Shown: positions 18,499 to 30,311, numbered from the stretch's first letter. The stretch: 64,000 nt of DNA from Actinomycetes bacterium (GCA_027118455.1 JAJAYZ010000015.1:3596-67595); one strand, 5' to 3'. Numbers and translations are program-made. Notes: generated by a model from the sequence alone, not told the origin.

Positions 18499-19182
18499 TT
18501 GTCTCACCCGCTACGCCTGATGACCTGGAACATCCGCTCTTTGCGGGACGACAGGTCAGCAGTCGTCCGAATCCTCCAAACCTGCGCTCCGGATGTCCTT
18601 TATGTCCAGGAGGCGCCCCGCTTCCTACGGGCCCAGTCCAAGCTCGCCGCCCTCGCTCGTGCGGCGGGGCTCGTCGTCGCTTCCGGCGGACGCCCGGCCG
18701 CCGGGGTCGCTCTGCTCACGACTCTGCGGGTGGAGGTCAATGCCCCGAGTAGCCACCTGCTCACCAAGACGCCTCGCCTGCACCAGCGTGGGCTCGCAAC
18801 GGCGGAGTTGTCGCTCGGTGACCGCAGGTTTGTGGCCGGATCACTCCATCTCGGCCTCGATGCGGATGAGCGCCAGTTGCACGCATCTGAGATCGCTCGG
18901 TGGGTGGGGGCTGGACCGTCGGTGATCGCCGGCGACTTCAATGAGGGCTCAAACGGCCCGGCTTGGCAAGCCTTGGCGACCGGGCATCAGGACGTCGGAG
19001 CAGCGGCGAACCTGGCGACCTTCTCGACGACCAACCCGCGGAGGCGGATCGACACGATCCTCGTTCCCGCCGATTGGCAGGTGACACCGGTCTCACCCCT
19101 CGAAATACTGCACGAATCGGACCTTCGCGCTGCCACGGATCACCGCCCGGTGATCGCCGATGTGGTGGGCTGGGGCCGGTAG
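18499..19182 (+). CDS. Endonuclease/exonuclease/phosphatase family protein
   Basis: MTWNIR, VQE, AGDFNE, RIDTI, TDHRPV. Confidence 0.88.
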   Translation: MSHPLRLMTWNIRSLRDDRSAVVRILQTCAPDVLYVQEAPRFLRAQSKLAALARAAGLVVASGGRPAAGVALLTTLRVEVNAPSSHLLTKTPRLHQRGLATAELSLGDRRFVAGSLHLGLDADERQLHASEIARWVGAGPSVIAGDFNEGSNGPAWQALATGHQDVGAAANLATFSTTNPRRRIDTILVPADWQVTPVSPLEILHESDLRAATDHRPVIADVVGWGR

Positions 19183-19231
19183 CCCGACCAACGAAGATCA
19201 CATCGCCACGGGGACGAAGGGGACGAGGCTG

Positions 19232-20548
19232 GTGCCGGACAGCTTTGCGCAGCGCGTCGCACAGGTGCCGCCGCGCTTGCTGCTGCCCCACGGCAGCGCG
19301 GCACCGGACCGGCTCACCCTTGTTGACGCTCTGCCACTGCCGGACGCCGTCCCGGCCTGCTGGCTGGCGCTGGCCGCCGACGACGAGGACCACTTCCACG
19401 TGCTGCCGCTCGTCGACGACGGGCAGCAAACTCGTCGGGCCCGTGCTGGCGACGGGTGGGCGACCGCCCTGGTCGCCCTCGGGCTGCATCCCGCTGGCGA
19501 GCGGGGATGGCAGGTGAGGGTGGTGGAGCCATTGGACGCCGCGTCGCTCCAAGGCTCCTTGATAGAGGAACCAATGTCAGCGTCCTCCTGGGCTGAGGCG
19601 CTCGAGGTCGCCGGCGCGTACCGCGTCCGGCTGATGCTGCGGCCCGATCGGCTCGGCACCCCATCGCCGCAGCCCTGGCGGCAGATCGGTCACACGGCCC
19701 CAGATCTCGTCGTCGGCGGCCGATTCGACGTTGCCTGGAGCTCGGCCGACAGTGCTGAGTCAGTGGCCTCGGTGGTGCTGGTCGCCGACGTCGCGTCGGA
19801 GACCTCGGTGGCCCAGGTGTTCAACCGAGAGGCGACCAGGCACCTGCGCGGTGCCGACACCGTCGACAGCACTCTCTGCCTTGCCACCACCCTCGGAGAG
19901 ACCCTCGCCCGAGCCCACCATGCTCTTGCTACGCCATCCTCTGAGATGCCCGAGCCGCTGACGGTGATGGACGCTGACGACGCCGAGTTGCTGGACCGCC
20001 GAGCCAAAGACGTGCTCTCCGCAGCCGTGGTGCTCACTGAACCTGATGTCCGAGAGACTCTGCGCTCGCACATGGATGATCTGCGCAGCTCATTCGCCGA
20101 GCTGGCGCACGCCACCGGGGCGTGGATGCTTCCAGCCGTGCCGTTGGGCAGCCTCGAGCAGTTTCTGGTGAGGGGCGACCGGCTCGTTCTTGACCCGCTG
20201 GCGGTTCGTGCTGCGGAGGGGCCACACTTGGCGGTGATGGACGTCGCCCGGTTGCTTCGCGAGGTGACGCATGTGGCGCACGGCGCGTTGCGACGCATGG
20301 TCGGCGGCGGCGAACACGTGCCGGCTGAACGGGTGCCGACCTGGGTGGGTGCGGTACGCGAGACCGTTCTCGAACGCTACGAGGCAACGCTGATCGCCTA
20401 CGGACAAGAGCCGCTGCTGGACGTTCGCCTGCTGCGGGCCTTTGAGATCGAGGCCGAATGCCGGGCGCTGATTTTCGCGTCGCGCGAGCTGCCGACGTGG
20501 AGCTCGGTGCCGGACGCTGGGCTCGTCGAACTGCTGAGCCCGTGGTGA
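19232..20548 (+). CDS. Maltokinase/glucosamine-kinase-like protein with degenerate catalytic motifs
   Basis: LGETLARAHHALA, DVARLL, LLRAFEIEAECRALIFA..LPTW; HGD and DFxG motifs absent; start uncertain (19160-19232). Confidence 0.6.
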   Translation: MPDSFAQRVAQVPPRLLLPHGSAAPDRLTLVDALPLPDAVPACWLALAADDEDHFHVLPLVDDGQQTRRARAGDGWATALVALGLHPAGERGWQVRVVEPLDAASLQGSLIEEPMSASSWAEALEVAGAYRVRLMLRPDRLGTPSPQPWRQIGHTAPDLVVGGRFDVAWSSADSAESVASVVLVADVASETSVAQVFNREATRHLRGADTVDSTLCLATTLGETLARAHHALATPSSEMPEPLTVMDADDAELLDRRAKDVLSAAVVLTEPDVRETLRSHMDDLRSSFAELAHATGAWMLPAVPLGSLEQFLVRGDRLVLDPLAVRAAEGPHLAVMDVARLLREVTHVAHGALRRMVGGGEHVPAERVPTWVGAVRETVLERYEATLIAYGQEPLLDVRLLRAFEIEAECRALIFASRELPTWSSVPDAGLVELLSPW

Positions 20549-20591
20549 GCCCGGGGCCAGTTTGGCCAACGCCAGCAGTGCCAAACTCGGT

Positions 20592-20981
20592 ATGAGGGTC
20601 AAGGGTGCTCCAGGAGCCTGGGCCTTCCTGGCCGGGTTCTTGACGCTTGCCGGGCTGATGCACTTCATCGCACCGCAGTTCTACCGGCCGCTCATCCCCG
20701 AAGCCCTCGGTGATCCTGGTGTATGGGTCTACGGCTCCGGCGTGGCCGAGATCGTGGTTGGCGCTGCCCTCATTCCGAGGAGAACCCGTCGGCCAGCGGC
20801 CCTTGCGGCGGTGGCACTCTTCGTCCTCGTCTTCCCCGGCAATCTTCAAATGGCATGGGACGCCCGTGATGACTCCGCGGTGCGTCAGGTGGCAACGCTG
20901 GCCCGGCTCCCGCTTCAGGCACTGCTGATCTGGTGGGCATTGGTCGTTGCAAGGGCAGCGAAAAGCGACGCGGACCGTTAG
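20592..20981 (+). CDS. DoxX-like membrane protein
   Basis: GLMHF..P, SGVAEI, VFPGN, RLPLQ. Confidence 0.8.
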   Translation: MRVKGAPGAWAFLAGFLTLAGLMHFIAPQFYRPLIPEALGDPGVWVYGSGVAEIVVGAALIPRRTRRPAALAAVALFVLVFPGNLQMAWDARDDSAVRQVATLARLPLQALLIWWALVVARAAKSDADR

Positions 20982-21493
20982 ACGACGGCGCCGTCGTCGG
21001 GTCCTTCGTCAACTCTCGGACCGGGACGCAGCCGTGAGATGAGGGTGCCGAAGCCGGCGAGGAAGGCGACGACGAGAGCGATGCCGGTCAGTCCGTCAAG
21101 GCTCCAGCCGAGAATCGGCAGCACGATCGCAAGGATCGGCGCCCCGATGGCACCCGCCCACGCCCAACGGCCGGCGGGGTCGCCCTTCGGTAGCGGGGGA
21201 GGCGGCGGGGGGACGTAGTGGCCCTCGTCCTCGTCGGCCGGCTCGACGGGAGGCTCGGCCGGGGGGACGCGGATGTCGTCCCATTCCGACCATTCACTTT
21301 GTGGCGTGCGCTGCGGAGTTGGGGTGACCGGTGGCGGCGGCGTTGGGTCGACGGTGGCTTCCTCGGCCGCTGGCCATGGCGCCGATGAGGCAGCGGTGCC
21401 TGGTCGGTCGATGTTGGCGACGATCTCGTCGAAGGCGGCATCGATGGCGTGCGCATCGTCCTGATCTCCGGTGTCGTCTGGGGGGTTGCTCAC
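20978..21493 (-). CDS. Conserved actinobacterial Pro-rich membrane protein
   Basis: EGHYVPPPPPPLP, two TM helices, terminal DDGAVV; GTG start overlaps upstream stop. Confidence 0.75.
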   Translation of the reverse strand: MSNPPDDTGDQDDAHAIDAAFDEIVANIDRPGTAASSAPWPAAEEATVDPTPPPPVTPTPQRTPQSEWSEWDDIRVPPAEPPVEPADEDEGHYVPPPPPPLPKGDPAGRWAWAGAIGAPILAIVLPILGWSLDGLTGIALVVAFLAGFGTLISRLRPGPRVDEGPDDGAVV

Positions 21494-22275
21494 GACTGCA
21501 GCCCGGTGGCGTCCCACGCGGTGGCCTGGTGCGTCGAGATCCGCTGCACGAATGCCAGGCTCTGCTCGAAGATCAGCGGGGCATCGTTGTCGAGGGTGGC
21601 CACGTGATAGCTGTTATGCAGTGGGATAAACGTGACGTCCTTCGAGTTGACCCCCTGCACGATCTCGACGGAGTTGCTCGGCTCGACGACATGGTCGTCG
21701 TCGCTGCCGAAAGCGATCATCGGGCAGTTGATGCGGCCGAGCCGCGGAGCGACGTCCTCCCACAGTTCGGTGAGGGAGTGCAGAGCTTGTAGCGGCACCT
21801 TGGGGTAGGCCAGTTCATCTTGGTTGGGCTTCTTGATGTCGTTGCGGATACCGGGGACGGTCGCCTTGACGTGGCGCAGCACGGGCAGCGCGCGCAGCGC
21901 CTGGTTCTTGGAGTGCACCGACGCATTCACCACGGCGATGCCCGAGACGACTTCAGGGCGCTCAAGTGCCAGCCGTAGCGTCAACGTCCCGCCCATGGAC
22001 AGGCCCATGACGAAGACGTGCTCGCACTGTTGCGCAAGGTCGAGCAGTTCACGCTCCAGGCAGGCGTACCAGTCGGGCCAACGGGTGATCTGCAACTGCT
22101 GCCACTCGGTCCCGTGACCTGGCAGCAGCGGAAGCCGCACCGACAACCCGGCGGACGCCAGATGGTCGGCCCATGGGCGCATTGACGCAGGCGACCCGGT
22201 GAAACCGTGGCAGAGCAGGGCGCCGACCGGACCGCCATCGTGACGAAACGGCTCGGCGCCGGGGCGAGCGACCAC
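21490..22275 (-). CDS. Alpha/beta hydrolase (carboxylesterase/monoacylglycerol lipase-like)
   Basis: HGFTG, GLSMGG, DHVV, SYHV; GTG after GGAGG. Confidence 0.9.
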   Translation of the reverse strand: MVARPGAEPFRHDGGPVGALLCHGFTGSPASMRPWADHLASAGLSVRLPLLPGHGTEWQQLQITRWPDWYACLERELLDLAQQCEHVFVMGLSMGGTLTLRLALERPEVVSGIAVVNASVHSKNQALRALPVLRHVKATVPGIRNDIKKPNQDELAYPKVPLQALHSLTELWEDVAPRLGRINCPMIAFGSDDDHVVEPSNSVEIVQGVNSKDVTFIPLHNSYHVATLDNDAPLIFEQSLAFVQRISTHQATAWDATGLQS

Positions 22276-22468
22276 GGATGCTCCTCCAGTGTTGGGACGG
22301 CCTTCATCGTGGCACGCCCAAGGTCGCTGAGGCACGCCCCGGCGGGTCCGGCCACCCGACCGGACGTTGCCCCGGCCGGCCCAAGGTCAATAGGCTGACC
22401 TGCACACACCCCCGACCCGCTCCTTCGGGGCGTACCCTGCTGGGGCTTGGACCGGGAAGGGAGCAGAG

Positions 22469-23197
22469 TTGCTCTACTGGCTGACCAAGTACGTGTTCGT
22501 CGGTTGGTGGCTGCGCCTTCTCTTCCGTCCCTGGGTCCAGGGAATCGAGAACATCCCTGATGATGGCCCGGCGATCCTGGCCAGCAACCACTTGTCGTTC
22601 TCCGACTCGATCTTCTTGCCCCTGATGGTTGACCGACGCATCACGTTCCTGGCCAAGAGCGACTACTTCACCGGCAAGGGGATCAAGGGTCGGTTCATCG
22701 CGTGGTTCTTGGCCGCGGCCGGGCAGGTGCCCGTTGACCGCACCGGAGGTCGGGCCAGCGAGGCTGCCATCGCCGCCGGTCTGCGGGTCATCGGCGGCGA
22801 GAGCCTGCTGGGGATCTACCCCGAAGGCACCCGTTCACCGGACGGACGGCTCTACCGTGGCAAGACCGGCGTTGCCCGCATGGCGCTGGAGGCCAAGGTG
22901 CCGATCATCCCGGTGGCCATGATCAACACCCGTCACATTCAGCCGCCCGGGAAGATCCTGCCGCGCATCGCTCGGGTGGGCATTCGAATCGGCACCCCAC
23001 TCGACTTCTCCAGATATGAGGGCATGGAGGGCGACCGGTTCGTCCTGCGGTCCGTCACCGACGAGCTCATGTACGAGTTGATGGAGCTGTCCGGCCAGGA
23101 GTACATCGACGTCTACGCCTCGCGCGTCAAGGAACCGCGTCCGGCACCGGCGCCACCTGAGGACGCCGACGATCGCGCCGCAGTCCCCGCGGCCTGA
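22469..23197 (+). CDS. plsC: 1-acyl-sn-glycerol-3-phosphate acyltransferase
   Basis: NHLSFSD, YPEGTRS. Confidence 0.9.
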   Translation: MLYWLTKYVFVGWWLRLLFRPWVQGIENIPDDGPAILASNHLSFSDSIFLPLMVDRRITFLAKSDYFTGKGIKGRFIAWFLAAAGQVPVDRTGGRASEAAIAAGLRVIGGESLLGIYPEGTRSPDGRLYRGKTGVARMALEAKVPIIPVAMINTRHIQPPGKILPRIARVGIRIGTPLDFSRYEGMEGDRFVLRSVTDELMYELMELSGQEYIDVYASRVKEPRPAPAPPEDADDRAAVPAA

Positions 23198-23250
23198 CGC
23201 CAGGGTGACGGACCGGACCGGGCCGAGCCCGAAGCAGCGCAGCGGAAGGA

Positions 23251-24729
23251 TCACGTTTCGAGCGCCCAGCCCTTGGCGCGTTCGACAGCCGCTCGCCAGA
23301 GCCGGTGCGCGGCCTCGTCGCGCCGCCCTGGGGTGAAGGTTCGCTCGATGCGGCGCGAGCCGACCAGTTCGGCACGCGACTCCCAGACCCCTGCACCCAG
23401 CCCGGCGAGGAACGCCGCTCCGAGGCCGGTGGTCTCAATTACCTCTGGACGAAGTACCGGGACGCCCAGTTGGTCGGCTTGAAGCTGGCAGAGGAGATCA
23501 CTGGCGCTGGCTCCGCCGTCCACTGCCAAGCCCGGCAGCGAGAGCGCGGCCTCGGCAACCATCAGGTCGACGACATCGCGTACCTGGAACGAGATGGCAT
23601 CGAGCGTCGCCCTGGCCAGATGAGCTGCCGTGGTTCCGCGGGTGATGCCGACAACGACACCTCGGGCAGACGGGTCCCAGTCAGGCGCGCCGAGGCCAGT
23701 CAGTGCCGGAACGAACACAACGCCCCCGGCATCGGCCACTGAGGCCGCCAAGTCGTTGACTTCGTGCGCAGCGTCGATGACGCCCAGGCCGTCTCGCAGC
23801 CATTGGATGGCTGCACCGGTGACGAAGACCGAGCCCTCCAGGGCATACGTGAGAGTGCCGTCGGGTGCACCGAAGGCCACCGTGGTGAGCAGGCCGGCGT
23901 GCGAATCGACGGCGTACTCGCCGGTGTTCACCAACACGAACGAGCCGGTGCCGTAGGTGCACTTGGCGTCACCCGGTTCGAAGGCGCACTGACCGAAGAG
24001 CGCGGCTTGTTGGTCGCCAGCGATCCCGGTGATCGGGAGATCGAGACTCAGGAAGCAGGTCGGGTCGGTGCGTGCGAGGTCTCCGTACGACGGGACGACC
24101 GCAGGAAGTGCATCCATGGGGACCCCGAACAATGAGCACAGCTCGGCGGACCAGGCGCCGCAGTGGATATCGAACAGCAAAGTCCGCGAAGCGTTCGACG
24201 CGTCAGTGATGTGCTGCAACCCGCGGCTCATCCGGGCGACGAGATACGAGTCGATGGTGCCGATGGCCGTCCGTCCCTCGGTGACTCCGGCCCAGATCTG
24301 CGGTTGGTTGTTCTGGATCCAGCTGAGCTTCGTCGCTGAGAAGTAGGGGTCGAGACGTAGCCCGGTGGTGTTGCGGACCATCCGCTCGTGACCGTCCTGC
24401 CGAAGCTGTTCGCACATACCCGATGTTCGGCGGTCCTGCCACACGATCGCGGGACGCGGCGAGTCGAGGGTCTCTCGGTCCCACAGGACGACGGTCTCCC
24501 GCTGGTTGGTGATGCCGACACAGGTCGGTGTCGATGGTGCGGCGGTGAGCGCGTCCTTGGCGGCCTCGAGTGTCGCCGTCCAGATCTGGTCTGGGCGGTG
24601 CTCGACCCAGCCAGGCTGCGGGAAGTGCTGAGGGAACTCGCGGTAGCCGCGTGCCTCCACCTCGGCGCCGGGTCCGACGATCAGCGCAGTCACCCCGGTA
24701 GTGCCCGCGTCGATCACCAGGACTGACAT
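23251..24729 (-). CDS. glpK: Glycerol kinase
   Basis: DAGTT, GITNQRET, DPYFSATK, GDQQAALFG, KCTYGTG. Confidence 0.93.
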   Translation of the reverse strand: MSVLVIDAGTTGVTALIVGPGAEVEARGYREFPQHFPQPGWVEHRPDQIWTATLEAAKDALTAAPSTPTCVGITNQRETVVLWDRETLDSPRPAIVWQDRRTSGMCEQLRQDGHERMVRNTTGLRLDPYFSATKLSWIQNNQPQIWAGVTEGRTAIGTIDSYLVARMSRGLQHITDASNASRTLLFDIHCGAWSAELCSLFGVPMDALPAVVPSYGDLARTDPTCFLSLDLPITGIAGDQQAALFGQCAFEPGDAKCTYGTGSFVLVNTGEYAVDSHAGLLTTVAFGAPDGTLTYALEGSVFVTGAAIQWLRDGLGVIDAAHEVNDLAASVADAGGVVFVPALTGLGAPDWDPSARGVVVGITRGTTAAHLARATLDAISFQVRDVVDLMVAEAALSLPGLAVDGGASASDLLCQLQADQLGVPVLRPEVIETTGLGAAFLAGLGAGVWESRAELVGSRRIERTFTPGRRDEAAHRLWRAAVERAKGWALET

Positions 24730-24823
24730 AAGGCAGACCCTAGGCTAGGGCGCAGGCGACAACACGGTCGCGCGGCCTCATCTTGTGAGTCCTGTTCCTG
24801 TGCGACAACCAAGGGAGAAGTCC

Positions 24824-25849
24824 ATGCGCGTCGGCGTCCTAACTGGTGGGGGAGACGCCCCCGGGATCAACTGTGTGATCAGGGCCGTGGTGCGGCGTGG
24901 CGCCAGCGACTACGGCATGGACTTCGTCGGATTCGCGGACGGGTGGCACGGGCCACTGACGGGGAAGACCAAGCCCCTCGACATCAATGCTGTCCGCGGC
25001 ATCCTTCCCCGGGGTGGAACGATTCTCGGGTCTTCACGAACAAACCCGTTCAAGCAGGAGGGCGGTTTGGACGCCGTGCGTGCCACGATCGCTGACCTCG
25101 GAGTGGACGCTCTTATCGCCGTCGGTGGCGAAGACACCCTCGGTGTTGCCGCCAAGCTCTACGAGTCCGGTGTGAATGTCGTCGGCGTCCCGAAGACGAT
25201 TGACAACGACCTCGCGGCAACCGATGTCACCTTCGGATTCGACACCGCAGTGCAGATCGCGACCGATGCCATCGACCGGCTGCACACCACGGCGGAGTCG
25301 CACAAACGCACCCTCATCCTGGAGGTGATGGGGCGCCACGCCGGATGGATCGCGCTGCACTCCGGCATCGCTGGAGGTGCCAACGTGATCTTGATTCCCG
25401 AGCAAAACTTCGACATGGACGAGGTCGTCGGGTGGGTCGAGACGCGCTTTGAGCGCGGGTACGCGCCGATCATCGTCGTGGCAGAAGGGGCGGTGCCCAA
25501 GGGCGGCGAGATGGTGCTCAAGGACGGTGCCACTGACGCGTTCGGTCATGTGCGGCTGTCCGGCATAGGCGATTGGCTGGCACGCGGGCTCGAGCAGCGC
25601 ACGGGACACGAGGCACGCACCACCGTGCTCGGCTACGTCCAGCGCGGCGGCACGCCGACAGCTCGTGACCGCGTGCTCGCCACCCGGTTCGGGATCAGGG
25701 CGATCGACGCGGTTCGAGACGGCGATTTTGGCCAGATGGCGGCGCTTCGCGGCAACGACATCATCCTGGTGCCGATCGCCGACGCGGTGGCCGAGCTCAA
25801 GACAGTTCCCCCAGAGCTCTACGACGAGGCCAAGGACTTCTTCGGCTGA
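24824..25849 (+). CDS. pfkA: 6-phosphofructokinase
   Basis: TGGGDAPG, GGEDT, PKTIDND, EVMGR. Confidence 0.95.
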   Translation: MRVGVLTGGGDAPGINCVIRAVVRRGASDYGMDFVGFADGWHGPLTGKTKPLDINAVRGILPRGGTILGSSRTNPFKQEGGLDAVRATIADLGVDALIAVGGEDTLGVAAKLYESGVNVVGVPKTIDNDLAATDVTFGFDTAVQIATDAIDRLHTTAESHKRTLILEVMGRHAGWIALHSGIAGGANVILIPEQNFDMDEVVGWVETRFERGYAPIIVVAEGAVPKGGEMVLKDGATDAFGHVRLSGIGDWLARGLEQRTGHEARTTVLGYVQRGGTPTARDRVLATRFGIRAIDAVRDGDFGQMAALRGNDIILVPIADAVAELKTVPPELYDEAKDFFG

Positions 25850-25854
25850 GCCGA

Positions 25855-25937
25855 CACGATGACCAGGTGACGTGGTCATCGCGCACTGAGGGGGCCGCCG
25901 AACGCCACCTTTGCCCCGTTACGGCCACCCCAGGGGG
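25855..25937 (+). repeat. 83-bp palindromic dispersed repeat, copy A
   Basis: 69/83 ungapped identity to the reverse complement of 34712..34794. Confidence 0.8.
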
Positions 25938-25973
25938 GCGACGGCGCCGCCGGGGCACCGTCCGTACCCTTAA

Positions 25974-27305
<1,332 letters not shown>

Positions 27306-27431
27306 CGGGCCAGCCGATGAATGCGTCGCCTGTTCCGCCAGGAGGGGTGAACGCGTCGTTTTTGGTGGTTGGGTGCCGCGGTGTCCGATTCCCGCTAGTC
27401 GCCGCCGGCGTAGGGGAGTTTGATGGTCCCT

Positions 27432-28895
27432 ATGAGTCACGCCACTCCTGCCGTCACGATCCCGGGCCACGACGCCGAGTCGCTCTACCGGGCTGTGGCA
27501 TCACGGGACCGTCGGTTCGACGGCCGATTCGTGCTTGGCGTGACCTCTACCGGCATCTACTGCCGACCTTCGTGCCCAGCGCGCACGCCGAAACCGGAGA
27601 ACGTCCGCTACTTCGTGGTGCCGGCGGCTGCCGTCGCTGCCGGTTTCCGATCCTGTCGCCGCTGTCGGCCCGACCGGGTGGCCGCTCGGCCGCATATCGC
27701 CGACGAGACGGGGTTGGTTGAGCGGGCGCTGTCCTTGATCGGCCAGGGTGTCGTCGATGACGCGGGAGTAGCTGGCTTAGCCGAGCGGCTCTCGGTCAGT
27801 GAACGGCACCTGCACCGACTCCTCGTGTCATCAGTCGGCACCGGGGCTCTAGGACTGGCGCAAGCTCGGCGCGCGCAGACCGCGCGTACCTTGCTGGAGC
27901 AGACGACGATCTCGGTGACCGACGTCGCCTTCGCCGCAGGCTTCGGCAGTCTGCGGCAGTTCAACGATGTGATGCGCGCGGAGTACGGTGCGAATCCCAC
28001 CGAGCTGCGGCGTTACCCAACGCGACCGGACCGACCTGCAGACGCAGGATCGTTGGCGCTCAGGTTGCCTGTCCCAATCCCTTGGGATGGGCGGCGGTTG
28101 TTGGAGTTTCTCGGCGCGCGCGCCATATCCGGAGTCGAGGCAACGGACGGCCAACGATACGTGCGCGTACTGGCGACACCCGCCGGGCCAGCGATCCTTG
28201 CGCTCGATCCTGGCGCGGACGCCGTGCACGTGCAGCTGACGGCGTCCGACCTCGCAGCGATCGGTCCGGCGATGGTTGCAGTCCGCCGCCTTTGTGATCT
28301 CGCGGCCGACATCGACGCCATCGAGGCAGGTCTGTCGCAAGTTCCGGCAACGGCGGCCATGGCGTTGGCCCGGCCAGGGCTACGCGTGCCTGGGGCCGTT
28401 GACGGCTGGGAGATCCTGGTACGCGCGATTGTGGGACAGCAGGTGTCGGTCGCCGCCGCCCGGACGTTGCTCGGGCGAATTGTGGAGCGATTTGGCTCCG
28501 AGGTTGACGGGATCGCTGCGCGCGATGGAGCTGTTTGGCGGCTCTTCCCGGCGGCTGAGGATTTGGCGGCGGGGGGCCAGGAGGGTCTCGGGCTCACTGG
28601 ACGCCGGTCGGCGACGTTGCTCGCGGCAGCTAGGGCCACGGCGTCGGGCCAGCTCCTGCTCGAGCCGGGAGACGACCTTCAGGAGGCGCGCCGCAGACTG
28701 TTGGCCCTACCGGGGGTAGGTCCGTGGACCGCGGAGTACGTGGCCTTGCGTGCCTTGGCTGATCCGGATGCGTGGCCAGGCACCGACCTGGTGCTTGCAC
28801 GCGTCGCGACCGGCCTTGATGTGGAACGCCTGCGCCCGTGGCGGGCGTACGTGGCTGTCCATCTGTGGACCCAATACAGCGAGGAGACGCCATGA
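27432..28895 (+). CDS. alkA: Ada zinc domain-AraC HTH-AlkA glycosylase fusion
   Basis: YCRPSC..CRRC, VAFAAGFGSLRQFN, RAIVGQQVS, LPGVGPWTA. Confidence 0.92.
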   Translation: MSHATPAVTIPGHDAESLYRAVASRDRRFDGRFVLGVTSTGIYCRPSCPARTPKPENVRYFVVPAAAVAAGFRSCRRCRPDRVAARPHIADETGLVERALSLIGQGVVDDAGVAGLAERLSVSERHLHRLLVSSVGTGALGLAQARRAQTARTLLEQTTISVTDVAFAAGFGSLRQFNDVMRAEYGANPTELRRYPTRPDRPADAGSLALRLPVPIPWDGRRLLEFLGARAISGVEATDGQRYVRVLATPAGPAILALDPGADAVHVQLTASDLAAIGPAMVAVRRLCDLAADIDAIEAGLSQVPATAAMALARPGLRVPGAVDGWEILVRAIVGQQVSVAAARTLLGRIVERFGSEVDGIAARDGAVWRLFPAAEDLAAGGQEGLGLTGRRSATLLAAARATASGQLLLEPGDDLQEARRRLLALPGVGPWTAEYVALRALADPDAWPGTDLVLARVATGLDVERLRPWRAYVAVHLWTQYSEETP

Positions 28896-29383
28896 AGTGG
28901 CAGGGTTGGAAGATCGAGACACCGGTAGCGCCGTGGAGCATCGTTGTGGATGGAGACGTTGTGGTGGCGTCGGGTTTCTGCTCGCTCGATGAGCTCGTCG
29001 AGCGGCTACCAGAGGCATCGGCGTCGGTCGCGGAAGTGCATCCGGCAGGTGAGGTTTCCCGCGCGGCTCGGGCCTATTTGGCGGGCGACGCTGCCGCGTT
29101 GGACGCGGTGTCCGTGCGTCAGCCGGGTGGCCCGTTCCAGCAGGAGGTCTGGCACGTCATGCGAGAGGTCCCGGCCGGGCAGACGTGGTCGTACGCCGAC
29201 CTCGCGACGAAGGCTGGGCGTCCGGCGGCGACGCGGGCAGCGGGCACCGCGTGTGCGCAGAACCTGGTAGCGCCGTTCGTGCCGTGCCACCGCATCGTGC
29301 GAAGCGACGGTGCACTCGGGGGGTACGCGTACGGACTGCCCGTCAAGCGCTGGCTGTTGGCGTTGGAGGGCGCCGTCCACTGA
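28892..29383 (+). CDS. ogt: Methylated-DNA-protein-cysteine methyltransferase
   Basis: PCHR active site; ATGA overlap with alkA. Confidence 0.93.
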   Translation: MKWQGWKIETPVAPWSIVVDGDVVVASGFCSLDELVERLPEASASVAEVHPAGEVSRAARAYLAGDAAALDAVSVRQPGGPFQQEVWHVMREVPAGQTWSYADLATKAGRPAATRAAGTACAQNLVAPFVPCHRIVRSDGALGGYAYGLPVKRWLLALEGAVH

Positions 29384-29438
29384 TGGTGATGGAGTCAGTT
29401 CGAAATGACCGAACCGGTGTGGCATGGCCCAGCAGGGG

Positions 29439-30311
29439 TTAGCGGAGGGACTTCAGCAGGGCCACGTCGGCGGCATGCTCGGCCTCGTTGCCTGGGGTCT
29501 CGATCACGAGGGGGACCTGCTGCATCGTCGGGTGGGAGAGCAGGTGCCGGAATGGCTCGGCACCGACGTGGCCAGCGCCGATTGCCATGTGCCGGTCCTT
29601 CTTGGCGCCCACGACGTCCATCGAGTCGTTGGCGTGGACCAGCCCGACCGGGACGGTGCCGCGCACCTTCTCGAGGTGGTCGAGGAAGTCGTTCATGCCA
29701 CCGTCGTCGGCGAGATCGTGGCCGGCGGCAAAGAAGTGGCAGGTGTCGACGCAGATGCCGAGGCGCGGGTGGTGCCCCAGCCGATGCAGGTACTCGTCGA
29801 GCTCGTCGAGGGTTGAGCACAGCGACTGGCCCTGCCCGGCGGTTGGCTCGAGCAGCACAGGGGGAGCGTTGTCAGGCAACGCGTCGAGGATCGGGAGCAG
29901 CAGATCGCGAGTCTGTGTCATCGCGTCGTCGTAACGTCTCTTGGAGACAGCTGAGCCGGTGTGCACGACGACGCCGCGCGCCCCGATCTGCCAGGCCCGC
30001 TCGATGGTGTGCGCTAAAGAAGTTGCCGACTTCTCGGCGATCGCAGGGTCAGGGCTGCCGAGGTTGATCAGGAATGACGCGTGGACGTAGGCGGGAAGCT
30101 GGTCGGTGACGATCCTGCGGAATGCGACGTCCTGCAGCGGGTCACCCTTGGCGGCCGCCCAGCCGCGCGGGTTGGTGACGAACACCTGAACGCACTCAGC
30201 GCCGATCTCGTCGGCGTAAGCGAGACCGCGTTTGGCCAAGCCGCCGCTCACCGGGACATGTGCGCCGACCAGGGGGCTCGTCGGCACGGTCGTTCGCCCT
30301 GAACTGGCCAT
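29439..30311 (-). CDS. nfo: Endonuclease IV
   Basis: GAHV, HAS..INL, LLEPTAGQG, DTCH, HANDS, DRH, IETP. Confidence 0.92.
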   Translation of the reverse strand: MASSGRTTVPTSPLVGAHVPVSGGLAKRGLAYADEIGAECVQVFVTNPRGWAAAKGDPLQDVAFRRIVTDQLPAYVHASFLINLGSPDPAIAEKSATSLAHTIERAWQIGARGVVVHTGSAVSKRRYDDAMTQTRDLLLPILDALPDNAPPVLLEPTAGQGQSLCSTLDELDEYLHRLGHHPRLGICVDTCHFFAAGHDLADDGGMNDFLDHLEKVRGTVPVGLVHANDSMDVVGAKKDRHMAIGAGHVGAEPFRHLLSHPTMQQVPLVIETPGNEAEHAADVALLKSLR

